Positions 56,310 through 64,000 of a stretch of DNA of 64,000 nucleotides are shown here, one piece after another. The notes beneath the pieces were generated by a model, which saw only the letters and a list, made by a program, of their open reading frames with translations, did not search any database and was not told the origin of the DNA. Location of the stretch: contig CBDFKD010000002.1 in NCBI GenBank assembly GCA_965248695.1, positions 1,664,001 through 1,728,000 of the forward strand, read 5' to 3'. The position numbers were made by a program, and so were the translations under genes. Source of the DNA: Acidobacteriota bacterium. GTDB lineage: Bacteria; Acidobacteriota; UBA890; WLXD01. Numbering within the stretch: the stretch's first letter is position 1; every line of letters begins with the position of its first letter.

Positions 56310-58555
56310 GCGCCGCGGCAACCGTGCGCACCTTGCCGGTGCGCGGTATGCACTGTGCCTCCTGCGCTGGCAATGTGGCGCGTGCCCTGCAGGCGCTTCC
56401 AGGCGTGGGAGATGCCACCGTCAACCTGGCGACCGAGAGAGTGCGCGTCGAGTTCGACGCCGCCAGCGTCGAGCTCGCTGCCCTTGCGGACGCGGTGTCA
56501 GCGGCCGGGTTTGAGCTCGTGACGGAACCCACGGGCGCTCCCTCGTCAGTCACCGAGAGCGGCGGTCGGACAGCACTGCGCGAGGCCCAGGGGCGCGTCT
56601 TCTTCGCGTGGCTGTTCACCCTGCCGATCATGCTGATCATGGCGGGCAGCTGGGCGTTCGGCAGCCCGTGGCCCGATCCTCTACTGCATCGGCTGTTGAT
56701 GCTGGTCTTGGCGTTTCCCGTACTGTTCGTGGTCGGCAACGAGACCCTCTCCAGCGCTGCGGCGGCGGTACGCCGACGCGCCCCCAACATGGACGTGCTC
56801 ATCGCCCTCGGCACCCTGGCGGCCTATACCAGCGGGCTGCTGGCGCTATTCACGCCAGTCGCCAGCTTCTCGGGTATCGCGGCGATGATCATGGCTTTCC
56901 ACCTAACCGGTCGTTACATCGAAACCAAGGCTCGGGGACGCGCCTCTGACGCCATTCGTCGCTTGGTGGAGCTCGGTGCCAAGAGCGCCCGCGTCGAGAT
57001 CGACGGGCAGGAACGCGAAGTCGACATCGAGGACGTCGGTGTCGGCGACGTGATGATCGTACGGCCGGGCGAACGCATACCCACCGACGGTATTGTGGTC
57101 GAAGGCAGCAGTGCCATCGACGAATCGATGGCAACGGGTGAGCCGCTGCCCGTCGCCAAGCAGCCGGGCGACGAGGTCATCGGCGCGACGCTCAACCAAC
57201 GTGGCCGCCTACGAGTTCGGGCTACACGCATCGGCAGCGACACCTTCTTGGCGCAGGTCATCCAGCTGGTCGAGCAATGTCAGTCGACGAGGGTACCGAT
57301 CCAGCTGCTCGCCGATCGCGTCACCGCCGTGTTCGTGCCGACCTCGCTGTTGATCGCGTCGCTGACCTTCATCGGCTGGATTGTGGCCCCCGGCGTCCTC
57401 GGCGCCGGGGCCCGCGCCGCGGCTGCCGTCCTCCCCTGGGTAAACCCCGACCTGGGGGTCGTCTCCCTGGCAGTGTTCGCCGCCGTCGCGGTGCTGGTCA
57501 TCGCCTGCCCTTGCGCCCTCGGCCTCGCCACCCCGACAGCACTGATGGTGGGCACCGGGCGCGCGGCGGAGAGCGGCATACTCTTCCGCTCCGGAGCGGC
57601 GCTGCAAGCACTCGTGGACGCCGACGTCATCGCTTTCGACAAGACGGGTACGTTGACCGCCGGTCGCACGCAGTTGACCGGCATGACGGTCGCCGCCGGT
57701 GGCGATGAGAACGAGAGCCTACGCCTGGCGGCAGCGGTCGAGAATGCGTCAGAGCACCCGCTTGCCGCTGCCGTCGTCGAGGCGGCGCGTACGCGGGGTC
57801 TCGACCTTCCAGCCGCCGCCGAGTTCGAAGCAATCGTCGGGCGAGGCGTAGTGGCACGGGTACTCGACAGACAGGTGGTCGTGGGGAGCCCGGTCCTGAT
57901 GCGCGAGCGCGACATCGCGCTCGGACCGCTCGAAGCGGAAGCGACCCGAGTCGAGGAATCCGCCGAGACCGCGATCATCGTCAGCATTGATGGACAGGCC
58001 AGCGCGCTGCTGGCGATCAGCGACCCGCTGAAGGACGATTCCGCCGCCGCCGTGGCACAGCTGCGCGCCCTCGGTCTGGAGCCGTTGATGCTCACCGGCG
58101 ACAACGAGCGCACCGCCGCTGCGATCGCGGCGCAGGTCGGGATCGTCGAAGTGGAGGCCGGCCTCCTTCCCGGCACCAAGCTCGATCGGATTCGCCGCCA
58201 TCAAGAGGACGGCAAGAAGGTCGTCATGGTTGGCGACGGCATCAACGATGCCCCCGCTCTCACCCAGGCCGACGTTGGGGTGGCGATCGGCACCGGTACC
58301 GACATCGCCATCGAGGCGGCCGACGTGACCGTGGTGCGCGGCGATCTCGAGTCGGTTGCCCGCGCCGTTCGGATCGCGCGCCGAACGTTCGCGATCATCC
58401 GGCAGAACCTGTTCTGGGCGTTCTTCTACAACGTCGTCGCCATCCCGGTGGCAATCCTGGGGCTGCTGCATCCGGTGCTGGCCGAGCTGGCGATGGCGCT
58501 CTCGTCGTTGACCGTTGTCGGCAACGCGTTGCGTCTACGGCGCGGGAGCTTCTGA
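56306..58555 (+). CDS. copA: Cu(I)-exporting P1B-1 ATPase
   Basis: [36 protein letters not shown]. Confidence 0.95.
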   Translation: MSAAATVRTLPVRGMHCASCAGNVARALQALPGVGDATVNLATERVRVEFDAASVELAALADAVSAAGFELVTEPTGAPSSVTESGGRTALREAQGRVFFAWLFTLPIMLIMAGSWAFGSPWPDPLLHRLLMLVLAFPVLFVVGNETLSSAAAAVRRRAPNMDVLIALGTLAAYTSGLLALFTPVASFSGIAAMIMAFHLTGRYIETKARGRASDAIRRLVELGAKSARVEIDGQEREVDIEDVGVGDVMIVRPGERIPTDGIVVEGSSAIDESMATGEPLPVAKQPGDEVIGATLNQRGRLRVRATRIGSDTFLAQVIQLVEQCQSTRVPIQLLADRVTAVFVPTSLLIASLTFIGWIVAPGVLGAGARAAAAVLPWVNPDLGVVSLAVFAAVAVLVIACPCALGLATPTALMVGTGRAAESGILFRSGAALQALVDADVIAFDKTGTLTAGRTQLTGMTVAAGGDENESLRLAAAVENASEHPLAAAVVEAARTRGLDLPAAAEFEAIVGRGVVARVLDRQVVVGSPVLMRERDIALGPLEAEATRVEESAETAIIVSIDGQASALLAISDPLKDDSAAAVAQLRALGLEPLMLTGDNERTAAAIAAQVGIVEVEAGLLPGTKLDRIRRHQEDGKKVVMVGDGINDAPALTQADVGVAIGTGTDIAIEAADVTVVRGDLESVARAVRIARRTFAIIRQNLFWAFFYNVVAIPVAILGLLHPVLAELAMALSSLTVVGNALRLRRGSF

Positions 58556-58573
58556 CCCGAAGCGTCGTCGCTC

Positions 58574-59203
58574 CTAGTGCAGGCGGACACCGTCAACGCG
58601 CTGGCGGTAGCGGTACAGCACGCGACGCACGTAGTTCTGCGTCTCGGCGTAAGGGGGTATGCCGTCGTAGCGGCGAACCGCGCCCTCGCCGGCGTTGTAG
58701 GCCGCGAGTGAGCGCTCCAGATCCCCGTCGTACTTTCGTAGCAAGCCGCGCAGATGACGCACGCCCGCGTCAAGGTTCTGCCACGGATCGAACGGTGCAT
58801 CGACGCCGTACTGACGCGCCACCTCCGGCATGAGCTGCATCAACCCCATGGCGCCCTTCGTAGACACGGCCCGTGGGTTGAATCCGGACTCCATCTCGAC
58901 GAGCGACTCGACCAGCCGATGATCCACGCCGCCGCGCTCGGCAACGTCGTGTGTCAACGAGATCAGCTCCGCGACCGCGAACGTGAGGCGCAGTCGGCCC
59001 GGAGGCCGGAACTCGGCGCGAGATCGCGTATGGTCGCAGCCTGGGTCGGTGGCGCTGTCGGTAATGACCATGACGCCATCGTCACCGGTACGCACACAAG
59101 GCTGGCGCAACCCCTGGGCCTCGGCAGCGACTGGAGTCAAGTAGCCGGTCAAGGCAACCAGGTAGGCCAGCCTACCGACCCGACTAGCGACGAGCCCCAC
59201 CAT
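58574..59203 (-). CDS. Lytic transglycosylase (SLT domain)
   Basis: ESGFNPRAVS..GAMGLMQLMP, AAYNAG, ETQNYV. Confidence 0.93.
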   Translation of the reverse strand: MVGLVASRVGRLAYLVALTGYLTPVAAEAQGLRQPCVRTGDDGVMVITDSATDPGCDHTRSRAEFRPPGRLRLTFAVAELISLTHDVAERGGVDHRLVESLVEMESGFNPRAVSTKGAMGLMQLMPEVARQYGVDAPFDPWQNLDAGVRHLRGLLRKYDGDLERSLAAYNAGEGAVRRYDGIPPYAETQNYVRRVLYRYRQRVDGVRLH

Positions 59204-60515
59204 TCGCTCGTCCCTCGAGCCAGCTGAGGTGCTGTGTCAGGTACCGAGCGATGCGCGGATGATCGCTGCCACCGGAAGTGAGGAAGCGATAGTAGTGGTC
59301 GATGGCACGCTCGACTTCGTCGATCTCCTCGTAGACCAAGCCGAGGTTGTAGTTTGCCAGCGCGTCGTTGGGATTCAGTGCCAGGACCTGCATGAAGGCA
59401 CGCTGCGCGTCCTCGTAGCGTCCCCAGCGAGTGAAGATCAAGCCCTTGTTGGTGTAGGCGTCGAGGCGTCCCGGGTCGAGCGACAGGGTGCGGTTGAGCT
59501 CGATCAGCGCGGCATCGTGTTCGCCCATGCGATACAGCACGACGCCGAGGTTGTTGTGCACCGAGGCGTTGTCGGGCTCGACCGAGCTCGCCTGACGCAG
59601 ATGGCGCTCGGCGTCCTCGAGGCGGCCGAGTTGCTCGTAGATAACGCCCAGATTGGCATTGACCTTGGCGTTGTGCGGATCGTAACGCAGCGCCCGCTTG
59701 TAGGCCTCTTCAGCGCGGGCGTGGTCGCCTTCCTTCTGAGCTCGTACGCCGCTTTCGAACGCCGAACGAACGCCCGGATCAACGAGCGCTCCGCCGGCAG
59801 CGGGTACGCCGCGGGCGCGGTCAGCGGTCACATTCTCCCTGGCTGACTCAACGGCACGACCCGGCGGCGGGCGTCGGGTGGTGGGAGCGACCGGGCCACT
59901 GGCATTCGGCGATGTCGGGCGGCTGGTCAGATCGATACCGGCACCGGCACTCGGCGCCGGAGCTCTGTTCTCAACCTCGAGGCTGAAGCCAGAGTCGCTC
60001 TGGTTCCCGCCGCCGGCTACAGCCGCCGACGGCATATCGCGCGTCATCGGCAGATTCCCCGAAAGGTCGTTCAGCTCGCCGTCTGCGGCCGGCGCCGGTA
60101 CGGACTCCGCCCTGGTCATCAAAGCGCCGGAACCCAGATCTCTTTCGGTGGTGGCGAAAGTGCCGCCGTGCGTCGGGCTCGACGCCGGGAAGCTCACTGC
60201 GTCTCGTGGGACGGCAGTCAGGTCAGTCAATAGCGCCTGACCGTCATTGGCGCGCGGGCCGGAGAAGCTCGGTTGCATCCACCAAAGCACCGTCGCCACT
60301 ACCGCGATGCTGGCAGCGGCCAGCGCTCCGATCCAGACGGCCGGCCCAGCCTGGCGCCGTGCAGTCATGCGTGGCGCGTCGGTAAGTGGGGCGCTCAAGC
60401 GGCGCAACAGTGCGTTCGAGCCGTGCAACGGACCTGGCTCCGGGACTTTCGGAGCGACGCCGCGACGACGGTTCTCGTCCTGCACGCGCTTCAATGCATC
60501 GAGGATGACGCTCAT
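59184..60515 (-). CDS. Membrane-anchored TPR protein (GspB/MshN-like)
   Basis: MSVILDALKR N-terminus, one TM, C-terminal TPR repeats; follows an ExeA-like ATPase. Confidence 0.8.
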   Translation of the reverse strand: MSVILDALKRVQDENRRRGVAPKVPEPGPLHGSNALLRRLSAPLTDAPRMTARRQAGPAVWIGALAAASIAVVATVLWWMQPSFSGPRANDGQALLTDLTAVPRDAVSFPASSPTHGGTFATTERDLGSGALMTRAESVPAPAADGELNDLSGNLPMTRDMPSAAVAGGGNQSDSGFSLEVENRAPAPSAGAGIDLTSRPTSPNASGPVAPTTRRPPPGRAVESARENVTADRARGVPAAGGALVDPGVRSAFESGVRAQKEGDHARAEEAYKRALRYDPHNAKVNANLGVIYEQLGRLEDAERHLRQASSVEPDNASVHNNLGVVLYRMGEHDAALIELNRTLSLDPGRLDAYTNKGLIFTRWGRYEDAQRAFMQVLALNPNDALANYNLGLVYEEIDEVERAIDHYYRFLTSGGSDHPRIARYLTQHLSWLEGRANGGARR

Positions 60516-60523
60516 TGGCTTTC

Positions 60524-61903
60524 CTAGCTCCCGGTGGCGTCGGCGACCGCGACCGCCTCGGCGTGAGCGAGACCCGACTCCCTTAGCTTCGAGGCTGTCG
60601 CTCGCGCCGCTGCCTGATCGTCGAATTCACCTACGGTGAGTCGATACATGGTGCCCATACCCGGAACGTCCGCCCCGATGAGGAAACTGACGTAGCCGGC
60701 TTCGTTCAAACGCCCGCGCAGCTCCAAGAGGTAGTCGTCATCGGGCTGCCGGAATGAGCTCAGATACACAGTGAACGGCTTCCGCGGCATCGTCAGATCG
60801 ACCGCGACGTTGCCACTGCCGAAGGTCTCCTGGTTCGGCGCCGCGTTGAGGCTACCGTCGGCGCGTACCGGCGGCGGGTCCACGAGGGCGACGGTGCGAT
60901 TCGCCGACCAGGCAGCGTAGCCTCCAGCGCTGACCGCTGCGGCCAGCACGATTCCTGCGAGCGCCTGCACCGGTTTCACCGACCGCGCCGCGGGCTGCGG
61001 GCTCGCGGCGATCGGCATCAGCCCGTGCGCCTGGACCGGCTCCGGCCGTTCGATCGGCGCCCCTCCGTCCTCGGCCAGATCGAGGGTGGTGGCGGCTCGG
61101 TCGATGATGCCAGCATCGATCAAGCGAGTTTGCTGGGCATAGCCCGCCAGCAGCGACCGATCACCGAGCAGATTCACCAGCCGCGGCACGCCCTCGGTAT
61201 AGCGATGCAAGCGGTCGAGCGCCACGTCGTCGAACACCACGTCGCCGTCGCTACCGGCGATGCGGAGTCGGTGATCAATGTAGCGGCCAATCTCGTCGCG
61301 GCCGAACGGCTGCAGCGTGTAGCGCACGGACACCCGTTGTGCCAGCTGGCTGAGCTCCGGAGCGGCAAGCAGGCGTCGCAGGCCGAGTTGACCGGCGAGC
61401 ACGATCTGCAGCAGCTTCTGCTTCGAGGTCTCGAGGTTCGACAGCAGACGGATCTGCTCCATCACCGGAAGCGGCAGGTTCTGCGCCTCGTCCACCACGA
61501 GAACCGCAGCGCGACCCTGCATGCTGAGTCCGATGAGATAGTCGTTGAGGCGATCCACGAGCTCTTGCTTGCTCGTCTGGCGCCCGGCCCCGGCCTCGAA
61601 CTCGGCGCGCGTGGCGACGCCGAAGTCCTGCAGGATGATGCGTAGCAGATCTTCCTCAGACAGATACGGGTTCAGGACGATGGCGGTGACGATGTCATCG
61701 CCGAAGCCATCGAGCACCGTGCGCAGCAGGGTCGTCTTGCCGGTTCCCGCAGCACCGACGAAGCACATGAAGCCCTCGCGCTCCCGCACGCCGTAGCGCA
61801 GCAGATCACGCGCCTCCGCATGGCATCCCGAGGCGAAGAAGTACTTCGGGTCCGGCGTCAGGCTGAAGGGCTTTTCAATGAGCCCGTGGAAGTCTAGATA
61901 CAT
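60524..61903 (-). CDS. ExeA/MshM-like AAA ATPase with C-terminal SPOR domain
   Basis: PFSLTPDP, GAAGTGKTT, VDEAQNL, GVPRLVN, TM, SPOR-like YRLTVGEF. Confidence 0.9.
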   Translation of the reverse strand: MYLDFHGLIEKPFSLTPDPKYFFASGCHAEARDLLRYGVREREGFMCFVGAAGTGKTTLLRTVLDGFGDDIVTAIVLNPYLSEEDLLRIILQDFGVATRAEFEAGAGRQTSKQELVDRLNDYLIGLSMQGRAAVLVVDEAQNLPLPVMEQIRLLSNLETSKQKLLQIVLAGQLGLRRLLAAPELSQLAQRVSVRYTLQPFGRDEIGRYIDHRLRIAGSDGDVVFDDVALDRLHRYTEGVPRLVNLLGDRSLLAGYAQQTRLIDAGIIDRAATTLDLAEDGGAPIERPEPVQAHGLMPIAASPQPAARSVKPVQALAGIVLAAAVSAGGYAAWSANRTVALVDPPPVRADGSLNAAPNQETFGSGNVAVDLTMPRKPFTVYLSSFRQPDDDYLLELRGRLNEAGYVSFLIGADVPGMGTMYRLTVGEFDDQAAARATASKLRESGLAHAEAVAVADATGS

Positions 61904-61922
61904 CGTTGGCCTCCGGAATCCT

Positions 61923-63725
61923 TCACTGACCGCGGCGTCCGCCCGTACGTGACCGGCGGCGCATCTCGAGGCGCTGCAGTTGGTCACGCATGAGCTCACG
62001 TACACGGTCGCCGTTGAGCACCGTCGGGGTGATCATGACGACGAGATCTGACTTGCGGCTGCTGCGATCCGTGCGCCGGAAGAGCGAGCCGATGAGCGGG
62101 ATGTCGCCGAGTATCGGGGTCTTGGACACGCTCTCTCGCGTGACGTCTTCGAGGAGACCACCGATGAAGATGGTCTCGCCCTCACGCACACGGATGACGT
62201 TGTCGGTCACCCGCACGTCCATGATCGGGAAGCGATCGCCGTTGGGCGAAATCGCCTCGCCAGCGAGGCTGGTGATTGCTGGCTGGATGCTCATCGTGAC
62301 CCAACCGTCGGCCGACACCTGCGGCGTGACCGAGAGGATGACGCCGTTGGTGACGGTGCCGGGGTTGGTAACCGTCTGAGCTAACCCACCCTGGTTGTTG
62401 AACACGGTCTGCGAGGTGAAGAACACCTCCTGCGTACCGACGGTCAACAAGGCGATCTGGTTGTTCAAGGTCACGACGGACGGCGACGACAGCACGTCGA
62501 CGTCACCCTGGTTCGACATCGCACCGAGGACGGCGTTGAAGTCCTGGCGCTGGATGCCTGCCTGGAAGATGTTCAGGCCGCTGGCACCGACGGTCTGAGC
62601 CGCGGTGAGGCCAAGATCACCGAACACGGTGCGCCAATCCACGCCGGCAGCGAACTCCTTGTGCATCAGCACCTCGACGATCTTCGCTTCGATCAGCACC
62701 TGGCGCTGAGCGATCTCCTCTACCGTCGCCAGGTACTCGCCGATCTCGTCGAGCACGTCCGGATAGTGGCGCACCATGACCGTGCCGGCGCTGCGGTTCA
62801 CATGCAGCGCGGGACCGTCGGTGCCGCCCAAGCCGCCGGCGCCGCCAAATCCGCCTAGTCCGCCGCGCAGCCGCCGGCGGTTGGGATCGAGCGGATCGAA
62901 TCCGCCGCCACCGAGACCGCCACCGTAGCCGCCCCCCATGAGAAACAGGGCGCCCTCTGTAATGTCGTCCCAGATGAAGCTCGGATCGTTGGACTGCACG
63001 GAAGCGGAGCCGCCGCCGTTGCCGCCGCCACCGCCACCGCCGACGCCACCGCCGGCAGCGCCTCCAGCGCCTCCAGCAATAGTGCCGCCGCCGAGGCCGC
63101 CAGCGCCTCCACCGCCCTGGCTGCCTGTGCTGACCCCGATCGTGCGGGATCCATTCCGGTCAGTCTGCACGATGTCGAGGAAGAAGAAGCGCGTCTCCAT
63201 CTGCCGCGGGCGGATCTTCAGCACCCGGTGCTCGACGCGATACTCGAGGCCAATCGGAGTTAGCAGGCTATCCAGCAGCACTGGCAGCGTTACGCCGACT
63301 ATGTCCTGTGTCACTACGCCGGCCACGTCCGGTTCGATGACGATCGACAGATCGGACTCGCGCGCGATCGCCAGCAGCACCGCACGCACGTCAGTGTCGC
63401 GCACCCTGAGGCTATAGGCGCGGCCGGGATCGTAGCCGGTGTCATCGAGCGACTCCTCGATCGAAGTTGCCGGGGCTGCCGCGATGCTCGCTTGTGGGCC
63501 GAAGTCGTCCACCGACGGACGCCCGGGATCCTCCCAGCGGGGCGGAGACGGCGCCGTCGCTGCCGACGCTGTCGGTCGCGCTTGGGCGTTGTTGTCGCCA
63601 CGCGACATGCAACCCGGCATCATCGCGACGACCAGCAGAAATGCCGCGGCCATCTTCCAACGGGGCGTTCGTACGCTTCGGTTCATCATCCCAGACCTCC
63701 TCGATCCGACTCGCAGTGGGTTCAT
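61923..63725 (-). CDS. Secretin (MshL-like lipoprotein)
   Basis: Lipobox MPGC, RQVLIEAKIVEV, GVILSVTPQ, PILGDIPLIGSLFR, DLVVMITP; Gly-rich insertions. Confidence 0.9.
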   Translation of the reverse strand: MNPLRVGSRRSGMMNRSVRTPRWKMAAAFLLVVAMMPGCMSRGDNNAQARPTASAATAPSPPRWEDPGRPSVDDFGPQASIAAAPATSIEESLDDTGYDPGRAYSLRVRDTDVRAVLLAIARESDLSIVIEPDVAGVVTQDIVGVTLPVLLDSLLTPIGLEYRVEHRVLKIRPRQMETRFFFLDIVQTDRNGSRTIGVSTGSQGGGGAGGLGGGTIAGGAGGAAGGGVGGGGGGGNGGGSASVQSNDPSFIWDDITEGALFLMGGGYGGGLGGGGFDPLDPNRRRLRGGLGGFGGAGGLGGTDGPALHVNRSAGTVMVRHYPDVLDEIGEYLATVEEIAQRQVLIEAKIVEVLMHKEFAAGVDWRTVFGDLGLTAAQTVGASGLNIFQAGIQRQDFNAVLGAMSNQGDVDVLSSPSVVTLNNQIALLTVGTQEVFFTSQTVFNNQGGLAQTVTNPGTVTNGVILSVTPQVSADGWVTMSIQPAITSLAGEAISPNGDRFPIMDVRVTDNVIRVREGETIFIGGLLEDVTRESVSKTPILGDIPLIGSLFRRTDRSSRKSDLVVMITPTVLNGDRVRELMRDQLQRLEMRRRSRTGGRRGQ

Positions 63726-64000
63726 CAGTACCTCCCAACGTTGCCGCTGCGAGAGCTCAGACCGATCGCGGCGTCAGCCATTCTCAAGACATGCCGTTGT
63801 CCCCCCGAGGCGAAGACCACGGTCTCATCGGTTACCTCGACTACCTGCATGCCGGCGAAGCTGTCGCCGACCGTCACGATCTCGTTGTTGATTACCGCCA
63901 CGCGGCGGCCAGTGCTGTCGGTCACGATCGCCGACAGATAGAGGCCCTCATCGAGCGCAACGCCGGCGTCGACATAGACGGGAGCGAAGTTGTCGATCGC
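63725..64000 (-). CDS. MshK/GspB-like pilus assembly protein, 5' part outside the window
   Basis: Frame open from 64000: LYLSAIV...VAVINNEIVTVGD...VVEVTDETVV; coupled to the secretin gene. Confidence 0.65.
   Translation of the reverse strand, partial: AIDNFAPVYVDAGVALDEGLYLSAIVTDSTGRRVAVINNEIVTVGDSFAGMQVVEVTDETVVFASGGQRHVLRMADAAIGLSSRSGNVGRY

Noticed and set aside
62820-63125. GCC/CCG-rich low-complexity tract
   Set aside because: It encodes Gly-rich loops of the secretin; a coding explanation is sufficient.

Overview
GC-rich bacterial chromosomal window (gene content suggests a diderm, possibly Acidobacteriota-like organism; this is inference only). It is mostly housekeeping and metabolic: icmF, rsgA, lepA, rpiA, lemA/htpX, an ilv operon, a 2-oxoacid:ferredoxin oxidoreductase, pyk, csoR-copA and the end of an MSHA/T2SS-like pilus operon, plus a toxin-antitoxin-rich patch at the left end. 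I found no rRNA, tRNA, CRISPR array, integrase or transposase. Main unexplained signals: (1) a GAF-domain sigma54 activator gene followed by a well-matched -24/-12 promoter that reads into a ~130-nt GGA-rich rod-shaped hairpin whose G-U pairs only work on the promoter strand, a candidate new sigma54 sRNA system, with a TPR/pseudo-aspartyl-protease lipoprotein gene directly upstream; (2) a 276-bp MITE-like element with perfect 33-bp inverted ends, and a second repeat family starting exactly at TAG stop codons, both sharing an internal structured motif; (3) an attenuator-preceded ilv operon in which ilvD has an in-frame ~400-codon deletion and the regulatory subunit has lost its valine-binding residues; (4) two probable pseudo-enzymes. 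All protein calls come from motif recognition by eye; no searches were run.
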